Notes: generated from the sequence alone by a model not told the origin. A stretch of DNA of 64,000 nt from Candidatus Uhrbacteria bacterium (GCA_943354605.1 CALRCK010000004.1:23584-87583), one strand, 5' to 3'. Positions 38,370 through 47,414 are shown, counted from the stretch's first letter. Numbers and translations: made by a program.

Positions 38370-38951
38370 CTACCGTTGAATATCGCGAACACGAATGTGT
38401 GATCCGGAATGGAGCCACAAATCTCGTGCAACGTCGGAATGAATGTGCAACCGTGCGCGATAGGTTGGATGGACCCGTACCACGACATTTTCAATGACGC
38501 GCGTCGCATCGCCAACCACATCAACGCGTACCGTCGCCCCGTTCGTGAGCCGGAGCGACGCCGCTTCTGTGTCAGAAAGATGGAGATGACATTTTGGAAC
38601 AATCACCGTTGCTGCAGCGTCGATGGTAGCGTGCGCGGTTCGGATTGTGCACGGCCCAGCAGTGGCGAGATCACCCGACTTCGCAAGTGGCGCGTCGATG
38701 CCAAGCAACCGTGCCTCCGTTGGCGTCAGCTCAACCTGCGTTGACTTTCGATGAGGCCCGAGCACGCGCAGGGTGACGGATTCCCCGTCTGCCCCAACCA
38801 CATCCACCGTCTCTTCATATGCAAACTGACCCGTCTGAGAAAGTTCGTGCCGCACCGTGCCCATATGCCCGTCGCCAAACAGAATCCGATGATGGGATTC
38901 AGAGAGATGCACATGGGACGGCACCACTTCCACAGGAATAGGACGCGACAT
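38370..38951 (-). CDS. PduL/EutD-type phosphate acyltransferase (phosphate propanoyl/acetyl-transferase)
   Basis: Duplicated PduL blocks (VPSHVHLSESHH..LFG...QFAYEETVDVVG..GESVTLRVLGPHRKSTQVELTPTEARLLGIDAPLAKSGDL..; second half ..VPKCHLHLSD...IHSD..). Confidence 0.6.
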   Translation of the reverse strand: MSRPIPVEVVPSHVHLSESHHRILFGDGHMGTVRHELSQTGQFAYEETVDVVGADGESVTLRVLGPHRKSTQVELTPTEARLLGIDAPLAKSGDLATAGPCTIRTAHATIDAAATVIVPKCHLHLSDTEAASLRLTNGATVRVDVVGDATRVIENVVVRVHPTYRARLHIHSDVARDLWLHSGSHIRVRDIQR

Positions 38952-39057
38952 ACTGCACGTATTGTAACACGACGATTTTTCTCAAATCACGCAACGCAAC
39001 CTTTTGACGAGGGCCGGAAATTCTGCTAGGATTGGCCGTCCCAACCACGGAGGATGA

Positions 39058-39810
39058 ATGGACACGACGGATCGTGTGCAGCTGTTCGTCCCCAACGAAC
39101 AGCCACGCTTCAGAAAGCACTTTCCCGCACATCTCAAGGACGCCACCACGGCTGCAAAGGAATTCCTGCGGGAATACCCAGCAGGCGTGGCACCGGCCGA
39201 CCTCGAGGACTGGGTTGCGAGCATCGACCACAGCGCACTACACACATTCCACAACACCGAGGAGCTCGTCTGCGCCGCCACCGGCGTGTACTACAGCGTT
39301 GTCGCGGAAGGCATGGATCGAGTCCTCACGCGCCAATTCATCGGCGCCCTTGGTCAGATCAGGCTCACCAAAGCCGTCATGACCCTGAACCTGGAAAATC
39401 GTCGACAGCTCCTGCGGCTCGAGAGCGTCGCAGCAAAACGGACGCACAGTGTTCTGGGCGTCGCTCGGCTGGCGGCAGCGCTCAACGCAGCAGGGGCGAG
39501 ATGCTATCTTCCCACCGCGCATGAAGACGCCAGGTGGAAAATCGATCTCCTCTTCACCCACGGCGACGCAGTAGCGTGCGTTCAGGTGAAGCAAGGCCAA
39601 AGTTCCTGCAGGCGAATCGTTGAGCCATTCGACCCAAGGGAGGAGGAATTCCTTCGCGGTGTTCACCAGTTCAGCGCGGAACATTCCGTCAGCGCAGTCC
39701 CCTTGTGGGTTGCGATAGGAAACCGAGGAAAGCATTCCGCGACCACGATGTGTTCGCCCGAATCGATCCAGTTCGGAATGCAGGTCGTATCAACCGCCAG
39801 GAAGACGTGA
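39058..39810 (+). CDS. Hypothetical protein (high-GC island 5)
   Basis: 250-aa GC3-rich ORF with its own TTGACG-N17-TAGGAT promoter-like sequence, a GGAGGA RBS, and a GC-rich terminator immediately after. Confidence 0.4.
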   Translation: MDTTDRVQLFVPNEQPRFRKHFPAHLKDATTAAKEFLREYPAGVAPADLEDWVASIDHSALHTFHNTEELVCAATGVYYSVVAEGMDRVLTRQFIGALGQIRLTKAVMTLNLENRRQLLRLESVAAKRTHSVLGVARLAAALNAAGARCYLPTAHEDARWKIDLLFTHGDAVACVQVKQGQSSCRRIVEPFDPREEEFLRGVHQFSAEHSVSAVPLWVAIGNRGKHSATTMCSPESIQFGMQVVSTARKT

Positions 39811-39818
39811 CGAAACGA

Positions 39819-39868
39819 GGCCCCAGCGCGACGCAGCGCTGGGGCCTTGCCGTTTCCCTATTTTTTTT
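39819..39868. terminator. Rho-independent terminator (bidirectional, between convergent genes)
   Basis: ggccccagcgc-gacgcag-gcgctggggcc stem followed by a T-run. Confidence 0.55.
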
Positions 39869-40574
39869 CATCGTATCCAAAACCGTACTTAAATTTGTTG
39901 TCACGAATCGGACCGATGAACATCAGGTGAAACTCCGCAAGCACGTACTTGATACCCATACTCCATCGGCCATCGCGCTCCTGCCGACGCGTGGTCACAA
40001 AAATCGTGATACTGTCGAGAAATCCAAATTTTCCGACTTTTGCTGCACGACCGGCGTATTCGTGATCCTCACAAAACACAATCTCCTCATCGAAGCCCTG
40101 AATTTCCTCATGTACCGATCGCTTCACCAAGATACAGAATCCTGGAGCGTGTGGGTGCAACGAGCCGAGCAACCGCGCGTAAAAGTTGTAAAAATGATGC
40201 GTCACCACGTCATAGAAATTCCCACCAACCACACCAAGATCGCACGTCGCGATACCAAGTTCGCGCTGCGTGAACTCGCTCACCGCGTTCTCTAAAAACT
40301 TTTCGTCGTCGATGATCACGTCCGCATCAAAAAAGAAAATCAACTCCCCCGTCGCCTTTGCTGCGCCGTGGTTTCGACCAGCGCTCGGCAACCCACCATC
40401 AACAACCTTCGCGCCAGCGCGTTCGGCGATGCCCCGCGTGTCGTCGCTCGACCATGCGTCGGCAACAATAATTTCTTTTGGTTGAAACGTTTGCCTCCGA
40501 AGCGCATCCAAGACACTTGGCAAATACCGCTCCTCATTTTTTGTAGGGATAACGACGGAAAGGGTTGGAAGCAT
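39858..40574 (-). CDS. Family 2 glycosyltransferase (DPM/DPG-synthase-like)
   Basis: LSVVIPTKNEERYLPSVLDALRRQTF...DADV..DD.. Confidence 0.75.
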   Translation of the reverse strand: MLPTLSVVIPTKNEERYLPSVLDALRRQTFQPKEIIVADAWSSDDTRGIAERAGAKVVDGGLPSAGRNHGAAKATGELIFFFDADVIIDDEKFLENAVSEFTQRELGIATCDLGVVGGNFYDVVTHHFYNFYARLLGSLHPHAPGFCILVKRSVHEEIQGFDEEIVFCEDHEYAGRAAKVGKFGFLDSITIFVTTRRQERDGRWSMGIKYVLAEFHLMFIGPIRDNKFKYGFGYDEKK

Positions 40575-40593
40575 ATGGAATATGATGGAAGCC

Positions 40594-40711
40594 TTCTAAA
40601 TTTAGGCGAGTTTCGGTGCGCGAGGATCACAGTTCGCGAGGCGTACTTCTCGGTACGTTGAGCGAATTTGCGACGCAGCAAGCCGAAAATAGACAAATTT
40701 AGGAGGTTTCC
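40594..40711. repeat. About 115-bp dispersed repeat (family 3, copy 2), abutting tRNA-Arg
   Basis: gtttcggtgcgcgaggatcacagttcgcgaggcgtacttctcggtacgttgagcgaatttgcgacgcagcaagccgaaaatagacaaatttaggagg. Conserved hairpin CGTAC-N6-GTACG. aaatttagg appears at both ends. Confidence 0.6.
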
Positions 40712-40788
40712 TGGTGCGTCTGGCGCGATTCGAACGCACGATCTCCTCCTTCGGAGGGAGGCGCTTTATCCAGCTAAGCTACAGACGC
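40712..40788 (-). tRNA. tRNA-Arg (anticodon CCG)
   Basis: Reverse complement reads GCGTCTGTAGCTTAGCTGGATAAAGCGCCTCCCTCCGAAGGAGGAGATCGTGCGTTCGAATCGCGCCAGACGCACCA. Cloverleaf has a 7-bp acceptor stem, anticodon loop CUCCGAA, T-loop GTTCGAATC, and an encoded CCA. Confidence 0.85.
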
Positions 40789-41234
40789 AGAATTGAGGAT
40801 CGGCCGACCAACATACTATACATCGCCACACCCGACGCGACGGAAACGTTCAACGATCGCTTTTTCATCATTGGAATCTCCACGATACCATCGAGTATTT
40901 TCAAGGTGTCCGCATCGATTCCCTCCACCTCACTTCCAAGAACAAGTGCAATCTTGTCGATGACGCAATCGGCGATATCAATCGCCCCCTCCCCCGTCTC
41001 CAAGCCCCAAACAGCATACCCCTCCGCCTTCAGCCCGTCGATCACCGCAACAATCTCCCCAGCCTCCCACGGAACCAAATCCTCAGCGCCAAGCGACACC
41101 TTTGCGATTTCCTTCCGGGGCGGCGTGCCCGTAATACCCGTAAGAAAGACCTTTTCCACGCCAAACGCGGCCGCATTTCTGAGAATGCTCCCAACGTTGT
41201 GCAGACTCCGGATATTGTGAGCAATGACGATCAT
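40779..41234 (-). CDS. SpoU/TrmH-family RNA 2'-O-methyltransferase
   Basis: SPOUT blocks (..VFLTGITGTPP..LVLGSEVEGI..EIPMMKKRSLNVSVASGVAMY..). The stop codon lies within the first 10 nt of the tRNA-Arg gene. Confidence 0.6.
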   Translation of the reverse strand: MIVIAHNIRSLHNVGSILRNAAAFGVEKVFLTGITGTPPRKEIAKVSLGAEDLVPWEAGEIVAVIDGLKAEGYAVWGLETGEGAIDIADCVIDKIALVLGSEVEGIDADTLKILDGIVEIPMMKKRSLNVSVASGVAMYSMLVGRSSILRL

Positions 41235-41305
41235 GCGGCAAAAGTATGTCAGAAATTGCTGATTTCCACAAAAAATGTTACGTTTTCCCGGCACCTGAGG
41301 CATTC

Positions 41306-41692
41306 ATGTTCACGCCGCTTTTCAGCTCCAACACCCTCTGGCTCGTTGCCCTCGCGATCGTTGCCACCGGAGCCATCTTCCGGCTCAGGCGGGAACGCGC
41401 CGCGGCGACAAACCCGGACGAGCCCCTGCTCACAAAGTTCGACGCGCTCCATGCCGCAATCCTGGCAGACACGGTCAGCGAAGCGAGCTTCGCCGCGTGG
41501 GCGGAGCATGTCCCCCACCGGCACCCCCAGAACCGATCGACGGCACAGACATCGGCCCTCCTTGCCTGCCGAACCGGCCTGCAGGAGGCGATGCGCCACC
41601 GCGGCTGGAAGCGACAGACCATCAGCGGATTCATCAACACGTTCTGGCACATCACCACGGAGGACATCGACGCGCTCCTCACGAAGCGGTGA
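41306..41692 (+). CDS. Hypothetical membrane-anchored protein (high-GC island 6)
   Basis: N-terminus MFTPLFSSNTLWLVALAIVATGAIF, which resembles the island-2 protein N-terminus MFLPLFF... GC3-rich. Confidence 0.35.
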   Translation: MFTPLFSSNTLWLVALAIVATGAIFRLRRERAAATNPDEPLLTKFDALHAAILADTVSEASFAAWAEHVPHRHPQNRSTAQTSALLACRTGLQEAMRHRGWKRQTISGFINTFWHITTEDIDALLTKR

Positions 41693-41777
41693 ATCAACAC
41701 GAGTTCAGCACACGACGCCCGCCGTTCTGGTACGATCCAGTTCGGCGGGCCGCGCGTTTGGTCACCAAAAATTTTCT

Positions 41778-42962
41778 ATGTCCAACATTTCCCCTCTCTG
41801 TCCAAAGCCCGACGTCTGCGGTTCGTGCGGATGGAGTCATATTCCATACGAGAAGCAGCTTCAGCAAAAACTTTCCGATATTAACGGTTCGTTTGCCATG
41901 AAGAAGCTCGATCTTCAAGTGGAAGACATTTTTCCGTCTCCAAAAACATCGCACTACCGCAATCGCATGGACTTTGTGATCAGCTTTAAAGGCGAGGTTG
42001 GACTTCGCGAAAAAGGAAAGTGGTGGCGCGTGATTGACGACCACACCTGTTTTCTTGGCGATGAAAAAATCGAAACTCTCTTCGCAACCGTTCGCGATTG
42101 GTCAAAGTCGTGCGGTCTTTCGTTTTTCGATCGCAAATCGAACATTGGCACCCTCCGCTACGCCGTGATCCGATCCTCAAGCATTGGCGAAACGATGATC
42201 ATCATCGTCACGAGCGCACCGAATGGTGAATCGCAATCTGGCGAAGGAAACGTTTTGACGACGGTGGATTTCAACGACGACAAAGCTTCAATCGAATCCG
42301 CGCTTGCTGATCTTGCAAAGAACGCTGGTGCAACGACCGTGGTGTGGTCCGTGAATCACACCGTCTCCGACGTATCGTTCGGCGATGACTTGCGCGTCAT
42401 CGGCGGCCCTGGTGCGATCAATGAGAATATCGACGGAATCAAATTCCGCATTTCGCCAAACGCATTCTTCCAAACAAACTCATACGCGGCTCCGATGCTG
42501 CTCTCGACGGTTCGCGATTTCGCCGGCGACCTTACGGGAAAAACACTCCTCGATCTGTACTGCGGCACAGGTTTCTTCGCGGTTGCGATGGCAGACGATG
42601 CAAAGAAAACGATCGGCGTGGAACTTGTTGCTGATGCGATTCGCGATGCGCGCATCAACGCAGAACTCAACAACGTGAGTGTTGATTTCCACGATGCGAA
42701 AACCGAAGACTTCGATTGGATGAAGCTTGGCGCCGACGTCGTCATTCTCGATCCTCCACGTTCCGGCATGCACGACAAAGCACTCGCCGACGTGATTGCC
42801 GCAAAGCCCGCCCGCATCGTCTACGTCAGTTGCAACTACAAAAACTTCGCCCGCGAGATGGTAGAACTCTCCAAATACTACGACGTGGACAACATCCGCG
42901 CCGTGGACATGTTCCCTCACACGCCACACGTGGAGCTTGTTACGGCGTTAGTGAGGAAGTAA
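41778..42962 (+). CDS. RlmD/RumA (TrmA) family RNA (uracil-5-)-methyltransferase
   Basis: N-terminal Cys cluster (CPKPDVCGSCGW), SAM motif LLDLYCGTGFFAVAMA, and DPPRSG. Start set at MSNISPL. The listed ORF is a read-through of the upstream high-GC island. Confidence 0.75.
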   Translation: MSNISPLCPKPDVCGSCGWSHIPYEKQLQQKLSDINGSFAMKKLDLQVEDIFPSPKTSHYRNRMDFVISFKGEVGLREKGKWWRVIDDHTCFLGDEKIETLFATVRDWSKSCGLSFFDRKSNIGTLRYAVIRSSSIGETMIIIVTSAPNGESQSGEGNVLTTVDFNDDKASIESALADLAKNAGATTVVWSVNHTVSDVSFGDDLRVIGGPGAINENIDGIKFRISPNAFFQTNSYAAPMLLSTVRDFAGDLTGKTLLDLYCGTGFFAVAMADDAKKTIGVELVADAIRDARINAELNNVSVDFHDAKTEDFDWMKLGADVVILDPPRSGMHDKALADVIAAKPARIVYVSCNYKNFAREMVELSKYYDVDNIRAVDMFPHTPHVELVTALVRK

Positions 42963-42966
42963 GGGG

Positions 42967-43725
42967 TCAGGTCTTGCTTTTAGCGATTTCATCATCGTAC
43001 AAATGAAGAAAAATCGCTGCCGCAGAATAATCAGCAAGAATGCCAATTTTCATAGCCGGATATTCGGCACGGAGGGAGCGATGAATAATCGGGATCGTTT
43101 CAATGATATCGGAGGTACTCTGCAACGCTTCGTATGTCTTCCGAAGGATTGGAAAACCTTGGAGCGCATGATTCCCCCATTGAAAATTCGATGTATCTGT
43201 TGAAAACGCCTTTGTGAGATACCGATAGAATTCCGCAACTGATGAAAGATGTCGCTCCGCAGAATCATCAAAATTTCGTTTCGCCTCATTTGTTGATGTT
43301 GACCATGCACGTTTTCGCGCATCAAGGAGATGATGGACATCTTCAGTTTTTCGTCGCTCAAGAAGCTCTCCCATCCGATCGATAGCCGCAAATCCAGAGC
43401 GAGACAATAGTCGAGCAACAACCGTTAGAAACATACTTTCAAGCAAACCAAAATTCACGTATTTCGATGACTTATTCGCATTTGAAACGTTCAACGCAGG
43501 AACAAAATACCGAAATATTTCAATCTGGTCTGCCTCGTGAGTAACGTCATCCGCAAGAGAACGAAAATATTTTCCAACATTAATCCCGGCAATCAAAAAA
43601 TCTTGTAGTGACTTTCCTGGTAAATCAACATACCGCGTGGTACATCCGTCTTTGTCGGAGATAGCCTCAAGCGTAAACGCGATAGTCACAAGGCGCTGGA
43701 TTTCATCGGCAGAGTGCATAACCAA
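42967..43725 (-). CDS. Hypothetical protein (AT-rich island, partner of the small GHKL protein)
   Basis: 252-aa ORF with no recognisable motifs. Region GC is well below the genome average. Confidence 0.4.
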   Translation of the reverse strand: MVMHSADEIQRLVTIAFTLEAISDKDGCTTRYVDLPGKSLQDFLIAGINVGKYFRSLADDVTHEADQIEIFRYFVPALNVSNANKSSKYVNFGLLESMFLTVVARLLSRSGFAAIDRMGELLERRKTEDVHHLLDARKRAWSTSTNEAKRNFDDSAERHLSSVAEFYRYLTKAFSTDTSNFQWGNHALQGFPILRKTYEALQSTSDIIETIPIIHRSLRAEYPAMKIGILADYSAAAIFLHLYDDEIAKSKT

Positions 43726-43734
43726 AATGTTTCT

Positions 43735-44301
43735 TTAGGATGAAATCGCTGGGAGCCCACGAAGGAACACCTTTGAAAACGTTACTCGTGTTCCATGTTG
43801 GACGTCTGTATCCGACGATTCCACAAGATATTTTTGGCCTTTCACTTTCTGATATTTTTTTCCGTTTGTCTCAAGAATAAACGTATCGGAATATCTCTTT
43901 ACTTGCCAAAGTCCGTGTTCGATATCAATAGCATATTTCACCGATTCTGCATCAGGGAATCCTTCTCCGCCATCTTCAACAACCACAGTAATGGTATGCG
44001 TATCGAACATCACCTTTAGTGTCCCCTTCTCGACACTCTCCTGAGCGTTTCTTGCGATTTCAATAAAATAGTATAAAAAGTTTTGAAGTTTTTTCTCTTT
44101 CGCATCAAGAGTATTTTCCAAACAAATCCGATCCCACCAATGACCAACAGCGCCTGGAATCCAGCTATACCCAGTAGCCAACACCCTTTCACTAATCTCT
44201 TCCGAACCAAAACGTCTTTTGTCAAAATCAATTGTAAACACTCTCGGTGCTTGCTCTCGTTGCTCACTGTATGTTGGGAATCCTTCCGCGTTGATTTTCA
44301 T
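43735..44301 (-). CDS. Small GHKL-type ATPase (RsbW/SpoIIAB-like anti-sigma-factor/Ser-kinase fold)
   Basis: N-box-like FIEIARNAQES and G1 box TVVVEDGGEGFP in a 188-aa protein. AT-rich. Confidence 0.4.
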   Translation of the reverse strand: MKINAEGFPTYSEQREQAPRVFTIDFDKRRFGSEEISERVLATGYSWIPGAVGHWWDRICLENTLDAKEKKLQNFLYYFIEIARNAQESVEKGTLKVMFDTHTITVVVEDGGEGFPDAESVKYAIDIEHGLWQVKRYSDTFILETNGKKYQKVKGQKYLVESSDTDVQHGTRVTFSKVFLRGLPAISS

Positions 44302-44395
44302 AAACCTTTGCGCACATTCGTTGACGTAAAGCTATTTTTCCGCTAAGCTCTGCGTATTATTCTTTCGGCCAATGGGCCGATGACCACCTAAATGT

Positions 44396-45250
44396 ATGGC
44401 AAAGTCCGGAATGGTTGCGATTGTGGGACGAAGTAACGTCGGAAAATCGACGCTCATTAATACGATCGTTGGAACGAAAGTCGCAATTACCACACCAAAA
44501 CCACAAACCACACGACGTCCTATTCAGGGTATCATCACACGCCCTCAGGGTCAGGTGGTGTTTGTGGACACGCCAGGAATCATGCAAAAGGCTCGCGACA
44601 CGCTGACCAACAAACTCAACGCGTACGCCAAGGATTCGCTGCGCGATGTGAATGCTGTGTTGTACGTTGTTGATCCGACACGCCCAATCGGCGACGAGGA
44701 AAAACAGGCGTTCCGTCTTGTTGAGAAAATCACCATTCCAAAGTTGCTCGTCATTAACAAAATCGACGACAAGGCAAGCAAAAACTTCATCGACTACTAC
44801 CGCGATCTTGGAAACAAATTTGATGCGTACGTGGAAGTGTCTGCGATGACGTCGAAGAACACAGATCTCATTGAAAAATGGATCTGGGAACAAATGCCAG
44901 AAGGCGAATTTCTCTATCCTGAATTCCAGCTCACGAGCATGGGCAACGAAGAATGGCTCGCGGAGTTGATTCGCGAAAAACTCTTTCTCCGTTTGCGCGA
45001 AGAAGTGCCGTACTCAACGCACGTTGAAGTGAACAGCATCGATATTCAAGACAACGGCACCGTATTCGTAGACGCCACCATTTACACACACTCCGAACGC
45101 TATAAGCCGATGATTATCGGCGCAGGCGGACGAGGCATTAAGGAAATTGGACAATCCACGCGACGCGAACTTGAAGCCGTTACTGGGAAGAAGTATTTTC
45201 TTCAGCTGGCTGTTGCGGTTGATCCTCGCTGGGTTGAGCGGATGGAGTAG
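44396..45250 (+). CDS. era: GTPase Era
   Basis: G1 box GRSNVGKST, G3 box DTPG, G4 box NKID, and a C-terminal KH domain. Confidence 0.9.
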   Translation: MAKSGMVAIVGRSNVGKSTLINTIVGTKVAITTPKPQTTRRPIQGIITRPQGQVVFVDTPGIMQKARDTLTNKLNAYAKDSLRDVNAVLYVVDPTRPIGDEEKQAFRLVEKITIPKLLVINKIDDKASKNFIDYYRDLGNKFDAYVEVSAMTSKNTDLIEKWIWEQMPEGEFLYPEFQLTSMGNEEWLAELIREKLFLRLREEVPYSTHVEVNSIDIQDNGTVFVDATIYTHSERYKPMIIGAGGRGIKEIGQSTRRELEAVTGKKYFLQLAVAVDPRWVERME

Positions 45251-45425
45251 ACGACGATGCCGGATACAAAATATCGTAAATGGCTTTTGCCTTTTCAAAG
45301 GTCGCAGAAATTTCTGCGGCTTTTGTTTTTACAGCATCCGTTGTGCTCTGTACTTCAAACACAACAGTGTCGGTGCATCCTGCACCGAGCAACACGATCG
45401 CCGCAAAAATAATCGCGGCGCGCAT
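45180..45425 (-). CDS. Small lipoprotein with low-complexity C-terminus
   Basis: MRAAIIFAAIVLLGAGC lipobox. Convergently overlaps the end of era. Confidence 0.35.
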   Translation of the reverse strand: MRAAIIFAAIVLLGAGCTDTVVFEVQSTTDAVKTKAAEISATFEKAKAIYDILYPASSSTPSAQPSEDQPQQPAEENTSSQ

Positions 45426-45427
45426 AC

Positions 45428-45715
45428 TTACTTTCCAAATCCAATCCCGCCCGCCTTCTCCCCCTTTGCCCACGCGATTACTGTCGCTTCCTCGCTGGAA
45501 CCGCAGATGAATCCTTTTGTTTCCGTGTTGTAAAAAAATGGCACACCGCCACAAAGCCCTTTGTCGATTTCTTCCATGCGCTTCGCGTTCGCCTCGTTAT
45601 TCCACACTTCAATCTTTTCAATCGAAATCCCAAGATCCTTTTCAATCTTTTCCACCATCGGCCGCATTTCCACACAGTGCGGGCATGTTTCACCGTAAAA
45701 TTCGAGGAGGGACAT
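45428..45715 (-). CDS. Thioredoxin/glutaredoxin-like protein (CPHC motif)
   Basis: MSLLEFYGETCPHCVEMRP... Start trimmed to MSLLEFY. Confidence 0.6.
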   Translation of the reverse strand: MSLLEFYGETCPHCVEMRPMVEKIEKDLGISIEKIEVWNNEANAKRMEEIDKGLCGGVPFFYNTETKGFICGSSEEATVIAWAKGEKAGGIGFGK

Positions 45716-45940
45716 AGAAGAGAATGAATAATCTTTGAAGTGAACCTGATCTTTTGAGTGGGTTGGGACGAGAAGAACGGAATCTGATACGCAGGGCCTC
45801 CGATCTGGGTGTGCATTTTGGCATTTTGGAAGTGTAAAGTCCTCTTTACACTCGAAGATTGGGCAAACGGGCACCCTGCGCTCGCCGACGATTCTCCTCG
45901 AGCCTCCCCTTCCGAACCCATCCAAGGGTTCACTTTCGTT

Positions 45941-46876
45941 TCAGTCTCGATCACCCGCCAAGAATACCGTACTTTTGCGCTGCTCGACGACACCGCCATG
46001 CACAAGCCTAGAGATCAGCGAGCTGAATCGCGTTTCGTCGAGACTGGCGAGTTCCGATCGAAGACGAAGTTTCTTCAACGTCATCGGCGATTCCCGCAGC
46101 GCATCAACAATGCGACCGCGGAAATAGCGGTCGGTTTCTTCGAATCTCATTTTCTTCACTTGCCCACCTTGCCCTTTGCCCCCTACCCTCTCTTTCTTCT
46201 CTTTCGACCCGTGCAACGGTGCCAACGGACACAATCCCCAGACGTGGCCGCGGGCTGAGCAGTGCAGTGCGCCGATATCCATCAACGCATGATTCCATGT
46301 CCACACATCTCTTGGTGCGATCGATTTTGCTAAACGTTGTATCGACTTCGGATCTGACTTGTGTCGAGGGAATACTCTGCGGAAGATTCTCGAAATATTC
46401 GTATCCACCGGCGCAGCGCTCGCATTGCGAAACGCAAAGGCGGCGATAGCGTTCGCGGTGTAGTCGCCGATGCCGGGAAGTTTCTTCATCGCATCAATGT
46501 CGTTGGGCAGTTCGCCGCCGAGGTCGACCACCGATTTCGCAAGCCGATGAAGCATCACAGCGCGGCGATTGTATCCGAGCCCTTGCCACATCCGAATCAC
46601 ATCGGCCGTTGATGCATTCGCAAGATGTGCCCACGTTGGAAACGCCAAAAGAAATGCTCGCCATTTGGGAATAACGCGATCCACTTGCGTTTGCTGGAGC
46701 ATAATCTCCGAGAGCGCAATCTTGTACGGGCTCTTCGTTTTTCGCCACGGCAAATCGCGTCCATTTTTCGCGAACCACGCAAAAACAATCGCATGAAACG
46801 CATCAACGCGCCCAGCTGTAGAAATCTTTAACACTTTCGGTTTGCGTGCTAAACGCGATGTCTTTTGGTTCGTCAT
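45941..46876 (-). CDS. HhH-GPD DNA glycosylase (MutY/Nth-like) with C-terminal winged-helix-like extension
   Basis: HhH motif (LPGIGDYTANAIAAFAF), catalytic Asp region, and Cys-containing C-terminal segment. Confidence 0.65.
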   Translation of the reverse strand: MTNQKTSRLARKPKVLKISTAGRVDAFHAIVFAWFAKNGRDLPWRKTKSPYKIALSEIMLQQTQVDRVIPKWRAFLLAFPTWAHLANASTADVIRMWQGLGYNRRAVMLHRLAKSVVDLGGELPNDIDAMKKLPGIGDYTANAIAAFAFRNASAAPVDTNISRIFRRVFPRHKSDPKSIQRLAKSIAPRDVWTWNHALMDIGALHCSARGHVWGLCPLAPLHGSKEKKERVGGKGQGGQVKKMRFEETDRYFRGRIVDALRESPMTLKKLRLRSELASLDETRFSSLISRLVHGGVVEQRKSTVFLAGDRD

Positions 46877-47414
46877 ACGGCGGCAACGTGTCGAAACTCA
46901 TTGCATTGCCTTCCGAGATTACCACGTCTGCACCGTTGAACGAACCATGGGCATCCCCAGTCATCGCGAGCACATCAGCCCGATACATCCAGCTGTAATT
47001 CACGAATGTCATTGATCCCGTTGTGGAAAATTGTGCTTCGCGAACATCAATAATCACCGGACCACTCACCACAACTCGTCCACCGTATAACGCGAGCTCC
47101 TCTTTGCCTTGGCGATCGTTGATGACGACGAGTGACGTGTTGTCGTCCATCCAAATTGTTGACGAACCCATCGACACCTTCTTCATTGCCCCACCACACG
47201 TTTGAATATTCTCCCGCGTAGGGTCAACGGCAATGCAGTCCGTTTCCGTTGTTTCGTCTCGTTGCGTCAGCACAATCTCCAATCTCGGCCGGAATCCTTC
47301 TCCCCCAGCCCAGCTCGCATCAAAATGCCGGCCAATCACCAACGTCGTCGAAATCACAATCACAACTCCGGCTACTGCCCACTCCCTACCCCCTACTGCC
47401 TGTTTAAAGTTCAT
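46803..47414 (-). CDS. Hypothetical exported/membrane-anchored protein
   Basis: N-terminal TM helix. No family assigned. Overlaps the N-terminal extension of the glycosylase ORF. Confidence 0.35.
   Translation of the reverse strand: MNFKQAVGGREWAVAGVVIVISTTLVIGRHFDASWAGGEGFRPRLEIVLTQRDETTETDCIAVDPTRENIQTCGGAMKKVSMGSSTIWMDDNTSLVVINDRQGKEELALYGGRVVVSGPVIIDVREAQFSTTGSMTFVNYSWMYRADVLAMTGDAHGSFNGADVVISEGNAMSFDTLPPYDEPKDIAFSTQTESVKDFYSWAR

Noticed and set aside
41199-41777. N-terminal 193-aa extension of the rlmD-like ORF (41199..42962)
   Set aside because: The extension is an in-frame read-through of high-GC island 6 (Arg/Ser/Pro-rich). The conserved methyltransferase begins at MSNISPLCPKPDVCGSCGW (41778).
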